A stretch of 64,000 bases of DNA from an uncultured Chloroflexia bacterium. GTDB lineage: Bacteria; Chloroflexota; Limnocylindria; Limnocylindrales; CSP1-4. Below the pieces are notes generated by a model, which had not been told where the DNA came from, did no database searches, and saw only the letters and a list, made by a program, of their open reading frames with translations. The stretch lies in NCBI GenBank assembly GCA_963782715.1, contig CAWAKU010000022.1, forward strand, positions 22,439 through 86,438, written 5' to 3'. Shown in pieces: positions 1 to 10,432 of this stretch (positions within the stretch are counted from its first letter, which is position 1; every line of letters starts with the position of its first letter). The translations under genes and the position numbers were made by a program.

Positions 1-710
1 GCAGGCGTGGCCGCGCTGGTCGCCTCGGGCAGAGCGCCGATGGTGGGGTAGGTCTCGGCGGCCGTGAAGCCGCGCTCGGTGAGGTCGTCGCAGACGGCTG
101 CCACCAGCACCCGCGCGAGGCCCTCGCCGCGCGCCGCAGCCGTCGTGGCGATGCAGGTGATGACCGCGGGCAGCGGCGCATCGGGCAGCCGTGGGTAGAG
201 GTCGCGCGTCCGTTGCGCTCGCGGGTACGCGGTCAGCGGCCCGAACTGGGCGTAGACCGCGGGGACCTCGTCACGCAGCAGCACCTTGGCATAGCTCCCC
301 GCGACACCCAGTCCGCGACCCAGCAGCTGGAGCTTGCGCGGGGCGTCGGATCCGACCGTCGGTCGGGCGACGGGACGGGGCGCGAATGGGTTGTCCAGGG
401 GCCCGGCGTCGTCCTCCCCGGGCGTCAGGAAGGGGTTTGCCGGACGACCCGTGGCGAACGGGTTCGCGACAGGTTCCTTGGCCTCGAGGTCGGCCAGGAA
501 CGGGTTGGAGGGTCGTGCCTTGACGGGCGCCGGAGCCGACGCCCCGCCGGCCGGGGATGCCGTCAGCCAGCTCGACCGAGCGGCTTTCGACCCGTGGTCC
601 GCGTCCTCCCAGTAGTCGCACGAGCGGTGGTCGAAGCCCGGGTCCGCGCAGGGCGGGATCAACCCGAAGCCGGTGGCATCGGTGACGTCGACGATCCTGA
701 TCTCGCTCAT
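1..710 (-). CDS. GNAT-family acetyltransferase-like protein, runs off the window; NPF-repeat insert
   Basis: Not in the ORF track; hand-translated from ATG 710: MSEIRIVDVTDATGFGLIPPCADPGFDHRSCDYWED...VYAQFGPLTAYPRAQ...VITCIATTAAARGEGLARVLVAAVCDDLTERGFTAAETYP. RGEGLA is the GNAT motif A. Confidence 0.8.
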   Translation of the reverse strand, partial: MSEIRIVDVTDATGFGLIPPCADPGFDHRSCDYWEDADHGSKAARSSWLTASPAGGASAPAPVKARPSNPFLADLEAKEPVANPFATGRPANPFLTPGEDDAGPLDNPFAPRPVARPTVGSDAPRKLQLLGRGLGVAGSYAKVLLRDEVPAVYAQFGPLTAYPRAQRTRDLYPRLPDAPLPAVITCIATTAAARGEGLARVLVAAVCDDLTERGFTAAETYPTIGALPEATSAATP

Positions 711-730
711 CGGGCCGAAGTCTACGGCGG

Positions 731-2344
731 TCAGCCGGCGAGGTCGGCCAGGACGCCGTCGTGGACCATGGCCGTGGCGGCGGCAAGGTCCGGCCCCGGT
801 TCCCGGTCGCCATCCAGGTGGCGGACCCGCGCCCGGATCCGGCTCAGCGCCTCGGCCACCCCCGCTCCGGGCGCCGCGCCACCGACCTCGGGATCGGCCA
901 GCCGGAGATCGAGCGCCTGTGCGGCGACCAGCGCCTCGATGGCCAGGATCCGTTCGACGTGCCCGAGGACGGTCCAAGCATGTCGCGCCGAGATCGAGCC
1001 CATCGAGACGTGATCCTCCTGGTTCGCGCTGGTCGGGATCGAGTCGACCGAGGCGGGGTGGGCCAGGACCTTGTTCTCCGACGCGAGGGCGGCCGCGGTG
1101 TACTGGTAGATCATCATCCCCGAGTCGATCCCCGAAGAGGCCGCGAGGAACGGCGGCAGCCCGCCATTGAGCCGTGGATCCACCAGCAGCGCGGTCCGTC
1201 GCTCACTGATCGAGCCGAGCTCGGCCAGCGCGATCTTGGCGAAGTCGAGCGCCAGCGCGATGGGCTCGCCATGGAAGTTGCCGCCGCTGATGACCCGCCC
1301 GCCGCCGGTCGCGATGGTCGCCTCATCGGCGACGCCGCCGCCGGGGAAGACGAGCGGGTTGTCGGTCGCCGAGTTGAGCTCGATGTCGAGGACCCGGCGG
1401 AGGTGGTCGAGCGTGTCGCGGACGGCGCCGTGGACCTGCGGCGTGCAGCGCAGCGAGTAGGGGTCCTGGACCTTGTGGGCATGGCCGTGGTGGCCGGTCT
1501 GGAGGGCGCTGTCGCGGAGCAGATGACGGAGCTCGGCGGCGACCGCGATCTGCCCGGGGTGCGGCCGGGCCAGCTGGTAGGCGGCCGCGAACGCGACGTC
1601 GGTCCCGAGCAACGCTTCGACGGACATCGCCGCGACGACGCTGGCGGTCCGGGCCAGTCGGTCGGCGTCGGCCAGCACGAGCGCGCCGATCGCGCCCATC
1701 ATCTGGGTGCCGTTGAGCAGCGCGAGCCCTTCCTTCGCCTCGAGTGCCAGCGGTTCCAGGCCGGCGGCACGGAGTGCGTCCGCGGCCGGGATGACCGTCC
1801 CGTCGCGCTCCACCTCACCGAGGCCGATGAGCGGCAGGGCCAGGTGCGCCAGCGGCGCGAGGTCGCCCGAGGCACCGACACTCCCCTGCTCCGGCACGAC
1901 CGGGTGGAGGCCGAGCCGCAGGAAGTCCAACAGGCGGTCGACGAGCAGCGGCCGACAGCCGCTGTGGCCGAGAGCGAGAGTGTTCGCCCGCAGCAGCAGC
2001 ATGGCCCGGACGATCTCGCGCGGGAACGGCGTGCCGACGCCCGCGGCGTGGCTCATCAGCAGGTTCCGCTGCAGGCGCCCGGCCTGGTCCGGCGGGATGG
2101 TGGTCGAAGCCAGCGCCCCGAAGCCGGTCGTCACGCCGTACACCACGGCGCCCTCGGCGACCAGCGATTCGATGAGGTCGCGCGCCTCCTGCATCCGCTC
2201 GCGGGCGTGGATGTCGAGCGATGCCGTCGCCCCGTGGCGGGCCACCGCTTCGACGTCGGCGATGGTCAGATCCGCGCCGGTGAGGACGATCGGACCGGCC
2301 GCCCGGCGGTCCGGGTAGAAGTGCGGGACCTCCGGTTCAGTCAC
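731..2344 (-). CDS. hutH: Histidine ammonia-lyase
   Basis: VYGVTTGFG, the MIO-forming GASGDLAPL, QDPYSLRC, GGNFHG and NQEDHVSMG motifs. Confidence 0.95.
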   Translation of the reverse strand: MTEPEVPHFYPDRRAAGPIVLTGADLTIADVEAVARHGATASLDIHARERMQEARDLIESLVAEGAVVYGVTTGFGALASTTIPPDQAGRLQRNLLMSHAAGVGTPFPREIVRAMLLLRANTLALGHSGCRPLLVDRLLDFLRLGLHPVVPEQGSVGASGDLAPLAHLALPLIGLGEVERDGTVIPAADALRAAGLEPLALEAKEGLALLNGTQMMGAIGALVLADADRLARTASVVAAMSVEALLGTDVAFAAAYQLARPHPGQIAVAAELRHLLRDSALQTGHHGHAHKVQDPYSLRCTPQVHGAVRDTLDHLRRVLDIELNSATDNPLVFPGGGVADEATIATGGGRVISGGNFHGEPIALALDFAKIALAELGSISERRTALLVDPRLNGGLPPFLAASSGIDSGMMIYQYTAAALASENKVLAHPASVDSIPTSANQEDHVSMGSISARHAWTVLGHVERILAIEALVAAQALDLRLADPEVGGAAPGAGVAEALSRIRARVRHLDGDREPGPDLAAATAMVHDGVLADLAG

Positions 2345-2403
2345 CGCCCGAGGATAGTCGGCTATGCTCCGGCGCGCCCACCCATGACAGCCATGAGGTC
2401 CGC

Positions 2404-3105
2404 GTGCTCGCGTTCATCGACAACTTCGTCATCCCGTTCCTGAACAACCTGTACGGCGCCGTGGGTTACCTCGGGGTCATGCTCGCGATGGCCATCGAGT
2501 CGGCGATGATCCCGCTCCCCTCGGAGCTGATCCTGCCGTACGCCGGCTTCCTGGTCTCGGACACGAGCCAGATCGAGCCGATCACCGGGCAGCCCTGGAA
2601 CTTCTGGATCGTGGTCATCGTGGCGACGATCGGGAACACGCTCGGATCGCTCATCGCGTACGCCATCGGCGCGTACGGCGGCCGGCCGTTCCTCGAGCGC
2701 TACGGCAGGTACCTGCTCATCCGGCAGCACGAGATCGACCTGGCCGATTCGTTCTTCGCCCGGCACGGGGCGGCCACGGTGTTCATCGGCCGGCTCCTGC
2801 CCATCGTCCGGACGTTCATCAGCTTCCCGGCCGGCGTGGCACGGATGCGGATCTCGACCTTCATCATCTTCTCGACCGCGGGTGCGTTCCTGTGGTCGTG
2901 CCTGCTGGTCTACGCGGGCACGGTCCTCGGCGAGAACTGGGAACAGATCCGCCACGCGCTCCAGCCGTTCGACCTGCTCATCGCGGTCGCGGTCGTCGGG
3001 GCGGTCGTGCTGTTCGTGTGGTGGCGGGTCGGGATGCCGGGTCGGCCGGGCCGGCGCGGCGATGATCCGGGCGACGCGGGCGACGCGGGCGACGCAAAGG
3101 CCTAG
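2404..3105 (+). CDS. DedA family membrane protein
   Basis: ESAMIPLPSE and GRLLPIVRTFISFPAG motifs. Confidence 0.92.
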   Translation: MLAFIDNFVIPFLNNLYGAVGYLGVMLAMAIESAMIPLPSELILPYAGFLVSDTSQIEPITGQPWNFWIVVIVATIGNTLGSLIAYAIGAYGGRPFLERYGRYLLIRQHEIDLADSFFARHGAATVFIGRLLPIVRTFISFPAGVARMRISTFIIFSTAGAFLWSCLLVYAGTVLGENWEQIRHALQPFDLLIAVAVVGAVVLFVWWRVGMPGRPGRRGDDPGDAGDAGDAKA

Positions 3106-4373
3106 GCGCGCCGCTCTTCCGGCGGCTTGACGTTCCGGAATTCGCGGTACATCAGCAGGTCGTACAGGATCTTGAGGCTGCCCGCGAGGTAGAACGGCAG
3201 CGACGCGTAGCCGGCGCTGGCCATGAGCACGGACGAGAACGACGGCGAGATGGCCGCACCGGTCGTCCGGGCGACGCCCGTCACGCCGGCCGCCGCGGAC
3301 CGCTCATCGGGCTCGACCACGGCCATGACGTACGACTGGCGGGTGGGCACGTCCATCTGGCTGAGGCTGAATCGGATCAGCAGCACCGCGACCGCCAGCG
3401 GCAGGGTCGGCATCAGGGGCACGAGGATGAGCAGCACGTTCGACGGGATGTGGGTGAAGACCATCGTGTTGATGAGCCCGAACCGCCGGGCGATCCGGGC
3501 GGCCGACAGCGACGACACGGCGGCCAGCAGGTTCGCCGCGAAGAAGATCAGCCCGAGCTGGCCGGGATCGGCGCCGAACTGGATATGGAACCAGTAGGCC
3601 ATCAGGCTCTGGGGGATGAACCCACCACCGAACGCGTCGATGGAGAACAGGACCGACAGCTTGAGCACGACGCCCTTCGACCGCCCGAGTCCGAAGCGGC
3701 GCCGGATGCCATCGGTCGAGACCTTCGCCGGCGGCGGTTCGATGGCGGTGTCGAGCCGCCAGAAGCCGGCGATCATCAGGATCCCGATGACCGCGTAGCC
3801 GACGACGATCGCCCGATAGGCATCGAGCGGGGCGGCCCCGCCGTTGATCAGGGCCTGGCTGACGAGCCCCGCGCCGAGGGCTCCAGTCGCGGTTGCGACG
3901 TAGCCGGCGACGTTGTACCAGGCGAAGGTCGCCGTTCGGCGCGTATCGGGGACGGTCTGGGTGAGCGCCGCCTGCTCGATGGCGAGGAACGGCCCGACCT
4001 CGTTGCCGGTCGGCGAGACGACGCCGATCGCGCCGGCCAGGATCAGCAGCGGGACCCAGCTGGTGAACGCGAACACAACGCCCGCGACGATCATCAGGCC
4101 CGCCCCGGCGACCAGCACCCGCCGCCGGCCGAGCCGGTCGGCGTTGGTCGTCAGCCACAACGAGATGAGCGTGTCGCCGATGAGCGTGAAGGTGAGCACG
4201 AGCCCGACGGCGAGCGGGTCCAGCCCGGCCGCCGCCAGGTAGAGGACGAGCACGACGGCGAGGAAGCCGTAGCCGAACATCCGGAGCGACCGCATCGCGA
4301 ACAGCAGCCGGCCGTCGCGGTCGAGGCCCCGCAGGCTCGCGATGAGCCCCGGATCGGGCGGAGGGGCGGTCAC
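3102..4373 (-). CDS. MFS transporter
   Basis: About 12 hydrophobic segments; ADRLGRRR motif A; SQMDVPTRQSY. Confidence 0.92.
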   Translation of the reverse strand: MTAPPPDPGLIASLRGLDRDGRLLFAMRSLRMFGYGFLAVVLVLYLAAAGLDPLAVGLVLTFTLIGDTLISLWLTTNADRLGRRRVLVAGAGLMIVAGVVFAFTSWVPLLILAGAIGVVSPTGNEVGPFLAIEQAALTQTVPDTRRTATFAWYNVAGYVATATGALGAGLVSQALINGGAAPLDAYRAIVVGYAVIGILMIAGFWRLDTAIEPPPAKVSTDGIRRRFGLGRSKGVVLKLSVLFSIDAFGGGFIPQSLMAYWFHIQFGADPGQLGLIFFAANLLAAVSSLSAARIARRFGLINTMVFTHIPSNVLLILVPLMPTLPLAVAVLLIRFSLSQMDVPTRQSYVMAVVEPDERSAAAGVTGVARTTGAAISPSFSSVLMASAGYASLPFYLAGSLKILYDLLMYREFRNVKPPEERRA

Positions 4374-4434
4374 GTCAGTGAGTGTAGGGCCGGGTCGCGT
4401 CTGCCAGAATGTCCGCGGAGGTCCACCCGAGACG

Positions 4435-4653
4435 ATGACGAGCCACGACAGCGACGTCCCCGGTCATGCCGGAGCGGTCGCCCATCACGAGACCACGGAC
4501 CATGGCGGCGACCACGGTCATGACGATCACGCCCACGCCGAGGAGCCGCTCGGGCCGATCGACCTCGCGAAGTGGGGCGCCGGGGTGCTCGGCATCCTCG
4601 CCGGGCTGCTGATCGCCGTCTGCTTCATGTGGGCGACGTCGGTCGCGCCCTGA
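4435..4653 (+). CDS. Small His-rich membrane protein
   Basis: MTSHDSDVPGHAGAVAHHETTDHGGDHGHDDHAHAEEPLG followed by one C-terminal TM helix. Confidence 0.65.
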   Translation: MTSHDSDVPGHAGAVAHHETTDHGGDHGHDDHAHAEEPLGPIDLAKWGAGVLGILAGLLIAVCFMWATSVAP

Positions 4654-4694
4654 CGGACTCGCTCCGGGGAGTGCCACAGCCGCGCGTTTGCCGA

Positions 4695-5093
4695 TCAATT
4701 GATGATCTCGCCTCGTTCATCCGCGTGGATCGCCGCGAGCCGGTCACGCCATGCCTGTAGCGCCGCTGGGGTCTGCCGCGTCCAGTCGGTCACCTCGCCG
4801 ACGATCCTGAGCGGCTCTCTGCTGCGGTAGGACCGGGTCGGGTTGCCGGGGAACTTCTTGTCGGTCACGTTGGGGTCGTCCTCGAACGTCCCCGTTGGCT
4901 CAACGACGTAGACGCGCGGAGCACCGTGGCCCGCTGCGAGCTCTGCGGCGAGTCCGGCACCGTCGCGCAGCGCGGTGAAGTAGACGTGATTCATCACGAC
5001 TTCGGGCCGGTAGTTCGAACGAAAACCGGCCGTCAGGAGATCGCCCACTCGCAGGGCGGCTTTCGTGCCATGGAAGAACGGGCCATCGTCCAA
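4695..5093 (-). CDS. arr: Rifampin ADP-ribosyltransferase
   Basis: GPFFHGTKA, NHVYFT, RVYVVEPTGTFEDDPNVTDKKFPGNPTRSYRS; GGAGGA RBS before the TTG at 5093. Confidence 0.93.
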   Translation of the reverse strand: MDDGPFFHGTKAALRVGDLLTAGFRSNYRPEVVMNHVYFTALRDGAGLAAELAAGHGAPRVYVVEPTGTFEDDPNVTDKKFPGNPTRSYRSREPLRIVGEVTDWTRQTPAALQAWRDRLAAIHADERGEIIN

Positions 5094-5185
5094 CAGATGT
5101 CCTCCAAGCGAACGTCGGCCATCACCTGACAGTGGGTGCGCCACATGGACCGCCAACCCGCTCCGTCGTTTCCGCCGTTCCGGCC

Positions 5186-6894
5186 TCAGAACAGCCCGAC
5201 GATGTTCCCGTCGGCGTCGATGTCGATCTTCTCGCCGCCCGGCTTCGACGGCAGGCCCGGGCATCGTCCGCATCTCGCCGCACAGCGGGGTGACGAAGCC
5301 GGCGCCGGCTGACAGGCGGACCTCGCGGATCGGCACGGTGAAGCCGGTCGGCCGGTTCTTGAGCGCGGCGTCGTGGCTCAGCGAGTACTGGGTCTTGGCC
5401 ATGCAGATCGGCAGGTGACCGTAGCCAAGGTCCTCGAACTGCTTGAGCGACTTGCGGGCAGCCGGCAGGAATTCGACACCGTCCGCGCCGTAGACCCGGG
5501 TCGCGATGGTCACGATCTTCTCGGCCAGTGGCATCTCGTCCGGGTAGAGCAGCTTGAAGTCGGCCGTCCCGTCATGGGTCGCCGCCCAGACGGCCTCGGC
5601 CAGTTCCGCGGCGCCCGCTCCGCCGTCGACGAAGTGGGTGGCGACGACGGCATCGCGTGCGCCCGCGGCGAGCGCGACCTCGCGGATCGCCTCGACCTCG
5701 GCCGGCGTATCGGTCGGGAACGAGTTGATCGCGACGATGGCCGGGATGCCGAACATCGTGACGTTCTCGATCTGCTTGGCCAGGTTCTGGGCGCCGACGC
5801 CGGACCGCCTCGACGTTCTCCTCGAGGAGGGCCGGATCGAGCGGCTTGCCGGCGACGATCTTGCCGACCCCGCCGTGCATCTTGAGCGCCCGGACCGTGG
5901 CGACCACCACGGCCGCATCGGGCGACAGGCCGGACGCGCGGCACTTGATGTCGAAGAACTTCTCGGCGCCCATGTCGGCGCCGAAGCCGGCCTCCGTGCA
6001 CACGATGTCGTTCGTCGCGAGCGCGAGGCGGTCGGCGATGATCGAGTTGTTGCCGTGGGCGATATTGGCGAACGGCCCGGCGTGGACGAAGGCCGGCCCG
6101 CCCTCGAGCGTCTGCAGCAGGTTCGGCTTGATGGCGTCCATGAGCAGGACCGTCATCGACCCGGCGACGCCGAGGTCCTCGGCTGTGACTGCCGTGCCGT
6201 CGCCGCGCGTGGCGAGCACGATCCGCCCGAGCCGGGCACGCAGGTCGAAGATGTCGGTCGCGAGGGCGAGCACGGCCATGACCTCGGACCCGACCGTGAT
6301 GACGTACTCGGTCTCGCGCGGGATGCCGTCCTCGCGGCCGCCGAGACCGATGACGACGTGGCGCAGCGCGCGGTCGCTGATGTCCACGACCCGCGGCCAG
6401 AGGATGCCGTGCGGGTCGATGCCGAGCGGGTTCTTGTGATGGAGGCTGTTGTCGATGAACGCGGCGGCGAGGTTGTGTGCCGCGCCGATGGCATGGACGT
6501 CGCCGGTGAGATGGAGATTGAAGTCCTCCATCGGGATGACCTGGCTGTAGCCGCCGCCCGCAGCGCCTCCCTTGATCCCGAAGACCGGGCCGAGCGATGG
6601 CTGGCGGATGCACACCGCCGCCTTCTTGCCGATGTGGTTGAGGCCCTGGGCCAGCCCGACCGAGGTGGTCGACTTGCCCTCGCCGAGCGGCGTCGGCGTG
6701 ATCGCCGTGACGAGCACGTACTTGCCGCGGGGCCGTTCCGCTTCGAGCCGGCGGATCCCCTCCAGGGTGACCTTGGCCTTGCTCGGCCCGTACAGCTCGA
6801 GCTCGCCGTCGGCGATGCCGAGGTCGTGCGCGACGTCGACGATCGGGCGGGGCGTGACGCCTCGAGCGATCTCCAGGTCGGACGGGAAGCTCAT
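5186..6894 (-). CDS. fhs: Formate--tetrahydrofolate ligase, with apparent frameshifts near 5800 and 5255
   Basis: [54 protein letters not shown]; ends [12 protein letters not shown] in a shifted frame. Confidence 0.93.
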
Positions 6895-7817
6895 CGATCT
6901 CCTCCGGACAGGACGGGGCGGGTGGCGGGCGTGGTCGGGGTCGTGCGATCGAACGGCGCCTGGCGTTCGGCGGCGCGGATGAGGTGGGTCAGCAAGATCG
7001 CGTTGGTGAGCGGACCGACGCCACCGGGCACCGGCGTGATGGCCGAGGCGACCTCGACCGCCGACGCGAAGTCCACGTCGCCGACAAGGTGGCCGTCGAC
7101 GACGTTGATGCCGACATCGACCACGACGCAACCGGGCTTGAGCATCGCCCCTGTGATCAGGCCGGGACGGCCGGCGGCAACGATGACGATGTCGGCACGC
7201 GCCACGTGGGCGCCAAGGTCGGTCGTCCGCGAGTGACAGACCGTCACCGTCGCGTCCTCCTTGACCAGCATGAACGCGGCCGGCATGCCGACCACCGCGG
7301 ACCGGCCGACGACCACGGCATCCTTGCCGGCGATCTCGATCCCGGATCTGCGAAGGATCTCGATCGCGGCGTGGGCCGTCGCGGGCAGGAACCCGTCGTA
7401 GCCGAGGCGGAGGAGGCCAGCGTTGAGCGGGTGGATGCCGTCGATGTCCTTGGCCGGGTCGATCGCGTCGATGACCGCGCGCAGTCGGATCGTCCGCGGA
7501 AGCGGCATCTGGACGATGAGGCCATCGACCGCAGGGTCAGCGTTGAGTTCGCGGATCGCGGCGGTCACGCTCGCCTCGGTGGCCTCGCCCTCGAGCTCCA
7601 CGAAGCCCGAGTCGATGCCGACCATCTCGCAGCCGCGCAGGATGCGCTCGAGGTAGACCGCCGAGGGCGCGTCCCGGCCGACGATGACGACGCGAAGACC
7701 GGGCCGCCGTCCTTGCCGCGCGGTGAACGTGGCCACGTCCTCGGCGACGGCGCGCCGGATCTCGGTGGCGATCGGCCCGCCCTCCAGGAGCCGGGCCCGG
7801 GAGGACGGTGTGGTCAA
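6891..7817 (-). CDS. folD: Methylenetetrahydrofolate dehydrogenase/cyclohydrolase
   Basis: [36 protein letters not shown]; overlaps neighbouring genes by 4 nt. Confidence 0.95.
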   Translation of the reverse strand: MTTPSSRARLLEGGPIATEIRRAVAEDVATFTARQGRRPGLRVVIVGRDAPSAVYLERILRGCEMVGIDSGFVELEGEATEASVTAAIRELNADPAVDGLIVQMPLPRTIRLRAVIDAIDPAKDIDGIHPLNAGLLRLGYDGFLPATAHAAIEILRRSGIEIAGKDAVVVGRSAVVGMPAAFMLVKEDATVTVCHSRTTDLGAHVARADIVIVAAGRPGLITGAMLKPGCVVVDVGINVVDGHLVGDVDFASAVEVASAITPVPGGVGPLTNAILLTHLIRAAERQAPFDRTTPTTPATRPVLSGGDR

Positions 7818-8491
7818 GGCAGGTCTTCGGCCGGGACCGGGTCGCGTGGCTCGCCGCGGGCGACCAGCTCTCGCGTCTCTGCGGCCAGGTGCTCGACCTC
7901 GTGGAGCAGCTCGTCCACCCTCGCGGTCATCTCCTGCTCGAATTCGGGATCGCCCACCGACGGCAGGTTGACCAGGACATTGGCAGCCGCCCCGCGTGCT
8001 GCGGCTTCGCCGAGGAGCGAGGCGACGTTGAGGTCGCTCGAGGCGTTGACGTTGCTCCGGCCGGCCAGCGCCTCGGCGGCGGCCACGAGCTCGACGCATG
8101 CCTCGACACAGCGCAGGGGCACCTCGGCTGCGACCCGCGCCGCGGACCGGAGCGCCGTCGAGCGCGCCTCGCGTTCCTCGTCGGTCTCGCGCGGCATCTT
8201 CATCGCAACGCCGAACCCGGCGTACGCCTCGGCATCTTCGTCGGCCAGGCTCAGGAACCGGTCGGCCAGCGACCGGCCCGTCTCACCGGCCCAGGCGTGA
8301 AGGTCGGCGTGCTGGGCGTACTTCGGGCGGCCTTCGGACAGGGCGGCGACCATCGCCACGAGGCTCGCCGCCAAGGACGCCCCGACGGCCGAGGCGCTGC
8401 CGCCACCGGGGACCGGCGCGGCCGACCCGAGTGCGGCCACGAACCCGTCCAGCGTGAGATCCCGGAAGCGCGTGCCGGCCGATTGATCCAT
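7814..8491 (-). CDS. Formiminotetrahydrofolate cyclodeaminase/cyclohydrolase family protein
   Basis: [30 protein letters not shown]; first gene of the folD-fhs operon. Confidence 0.9.
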   Translation of the reverse strand: MDQSAGTRFRDLTLDGFVAALGSAAPVPGGGSASAVGASLAASLVAMVAALSEGRPKYAQHADLHAWAGETGRSLADRFLSLADEDAEAYAGFGVAMKMPRETDEEREARSTALRSAARVAAEVPLRCVEACVELVAAAEALAGRSNVNASSDLNVASLLGEAAARGAAANVLVNLPSVGDPEFEQEMTARVDELLHEVEHLAAETRELVARGEPRDPVPAEDLP

Positions 8492-8699
8492 CGCGTCGAT
8501 TGTACGGTTGCGGCTCGGCTTCAGTGGCCGACGACGCACGTGTCTACCGCAGGGCGCGTCGGAGTCGGAGCGAGGGCGGTACCGGCGCCCCCGCTCCGAG
8601 ACCCGACGTTGTGGACCGATGGGCGGTGGGAGGTCCGCGGTCGGTCCGGGCCGGCGCCGCGAGAGGACCCCAGTCCTCCGGCACCGATGCTCTGGTGGA

Positions 8700-8975
8700 T
8701 CAGGCCGCCCGGCGGCGGACCTCTTCATCGAGACCCGTCACCGTCCAGCGGCCCGACCGGTGCTGGTAGGTGAGTGACAGCCTGGCTCGTGGCGTGTCCA
8801 CTTCGAAGAGCGTCCGCGGCCCGCTGATGACCGGGTAGGCCGCCGCTTCCTCACGGACGACGGCGAGCCGCGTGATCTGGAGTCGCTCGTCGCCCCACGT
8901 GATCTCGCGCGGCCGACCACTGAACCAATCGGTGCGGACCTTGACCTGGACTGGATCGACACGGATGAATGCCAT
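8700..8975 (-). CDS. Small SOS-regulated protein, DUF6504/ImuB-C-like
   Basis: 91 aa beta-rich pattern PREITWG...RTLFEV...RWTVTGLD; AAGGAG RBS; lies just downstream of dinB with two LexA boxes upstream. Confidence 0.7.
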   Translation of the reverse strand: MAFIRVDPVQVKVRTDWFSGRPREITWGDERLQITRLAVVREEAAAYPVISGPRTLFEVDTPRARLSLTYQHRSGRWTVTGLDEEVRRRAA

Positions 8976-9034
8976 TCGGGATGGCTCCTTTCCGGGGGCG
9001 CTTGGGTCGTGTCGTCCGGGGCACTCGTTCGACA

Positions 9035-9089
9035 GAACGTCTGTTCGGTTGTGATCGGGACACTAGACCGAACAGGTGTTCGATGTCAA
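9035..9089 (-). promoter_or_regulatory. Sigma70 promoter with two LexA (SOS) boxes
   Basis: GAACGTCTGTTC at 9035-9046 and CGAACAGGTGTTCG at 9069-9082; minus-strand TTGACA (9089-9084), 18 nt spacer, TAGTGT (9065-9060). Confidence 0.85.
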
Positions 9090-10411
9090 GCGTCGTCGGG
9101 CGGAATGTCGTCGACGTCCGTGTCACCTTGGCTGTCACGACCGGCGTCGTCCGCCGCAGCTACGGACTCCCCGACATCGCGCGCCGCGGGACCGCCCCGT
9201 GCCCGCCGGTCGAGCGGGTTGCGCGGGTCACGCTCGAACGGCGCTGGCAGCCCGGTCCCGACCAGCCGGCCGCGCGTGACCGCCCGCTCGCCGTACCGTC
9301 GGCGCAGGGCATCCTCGGCCTCGACGGCCCGGCGTCGACGGGGATCGGTCGTGTCGAACAGCGACAGCTGCTCACGCTCGCCGAGGTTCGAGGCCTGCAC
9401 GCCTAGAAGCCGCACCTTCAACCCGCGGATCTCCGGCCGGGCCAGGTCGAGCGCCGCCGCGTAGATCGGGTCGGTCAAGTCGGTCGGCTCGGCCAGCGTC
9501 CGCTGCCGGGTGATGGTGTGGAACCCGCTGTCGCGGATCTTCACGGCGATCGTCCCGGCCTTGACACCGGCCGAGCGCAGCCGTCCCGCCACGCCCTCGG
9601 ACATCGCCAGCAGGGTCCGCTCGATGACCTCGGGGTCGCTCGTGTCGATATCGAAGGTGTGCTCATGGCTGACCGACTTGGCCGGGTCGCCCTCGTGGAC
9701 GGTGTCGGCATCGCGACCGCGCGCGCGCTGGACCAGCGAGGCGCCGTGCTTGCCGAAGCGACGGACGAGCAGGTCCGGTGGCAGCCTGGCGAGGTCGCCG
9801 ATCGTCCGCACGCCGTACTCGGCCAGGGCGGCACCGGTCTTCTCTCCGACACCCCACAGCCGGCCGATGGCCAGTGGCGCGAGGAATGACTCCTCGTCGC
9901 CGGGCGCCACGACGACCAGCCCGTCCGGCTTGCGCAGGTCCGAGGCGACCTTGGCTACCAGCTTGGTCGTCGCCACGCCGACCGACGCGGTCAGCCCGAC
10001 CTCGGCCTTCGTCTCGTCCTTGATCCGCCGGGCGATGGTCGGTCCATCGCCGAACAGCGCCGCCGACCCGGTCACGTCAAGGAATGCCTCATCGATCGAG
10101 ATCGGCTCGACGAGCGGCGTGTAGCGCCGCAGGATGGCCATGACGTCCCGGCTCGCCAGCTGGTAGCGGCGACCGTCGACCGGCAGGAAGACCGCGTGCG
10201 GACAGCGGCGGTAGGCCTCGCGCAGCGACATCGCCGAATGGATCCCGAATGCCCGGGCCTCGTAGCTGGCCGCCGACACGACGCCTCGAGCGTCTTCGCC
10301 ACCACCACCGCCGACCACGACCGGCCGACCGCGTAGCTCGGGCCGGTCGCGCTGTTCGACCGCCGCGAAGAAGGCGTCGAGGTCGACATGCAGGATCGTC
10401 CGCTCGGTCAT
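9086..10411 (-). CDS. dinB: DNA polymerase IV
   Basis: HVDLDAFFAAVE, ASYEARAFG, SIDEAFLD, KVASDLRKPDG; clamp-binding motif QLSLF. Confidence 0.95.
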   Translation of the reverse strand: MTERTILHVDLDAFFAAVEQRDRPELRGRPVVVGGGGGEDARGVVSAASYEARAFGIHSAMSLREAYRRCPHAVFLPVDGRRYQLASRDVMAILRRYTPLVEPISIDEAFLDVTGSAALFGDGPTIARRIKDETKAEVGLTASVGVATTKLVAKVASDLRKPDGLVVVAPGDEESFLAPLAIGRLWGVGEKTGAALAEYGVRTIGDLARLPPDLLVRRFGKHGASLVQRARGRDADTVHEGDPAKSVSHEHTFDIDTSDPEVIERTLLAMSEGVAGRLRSAGVKAGTIAVKIRDSGFHTITRQRTLAEPTDLTDPIYAAALDLARPEIRGLKVRLLGVQASNLGEREQLSLFDTTDPRRRRAVEAEDALRRRYGERAVTRGRLVGTGLPAPFERDPRNPLDRRARGGPAARDVGESVAAADDAGRDSQGDTDVDDIPPDDA

Positions 10412-10432
10412 GGTCGCTATCATCGTCCCGCT

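Noticed and set aside
4695-5918. Apparent Fhs-Arr fusion ORF
   Set aside because: Caused by an indel near 5255. Fhs ends normally at 5186 in another frame, and arr has its own RBS.
8505-8699. ZTP or THF riboswitch expected upstream of the folate operon
   Set aside because: Consensus blocks not found, and a leaderless -10 directly precedes the ATG.
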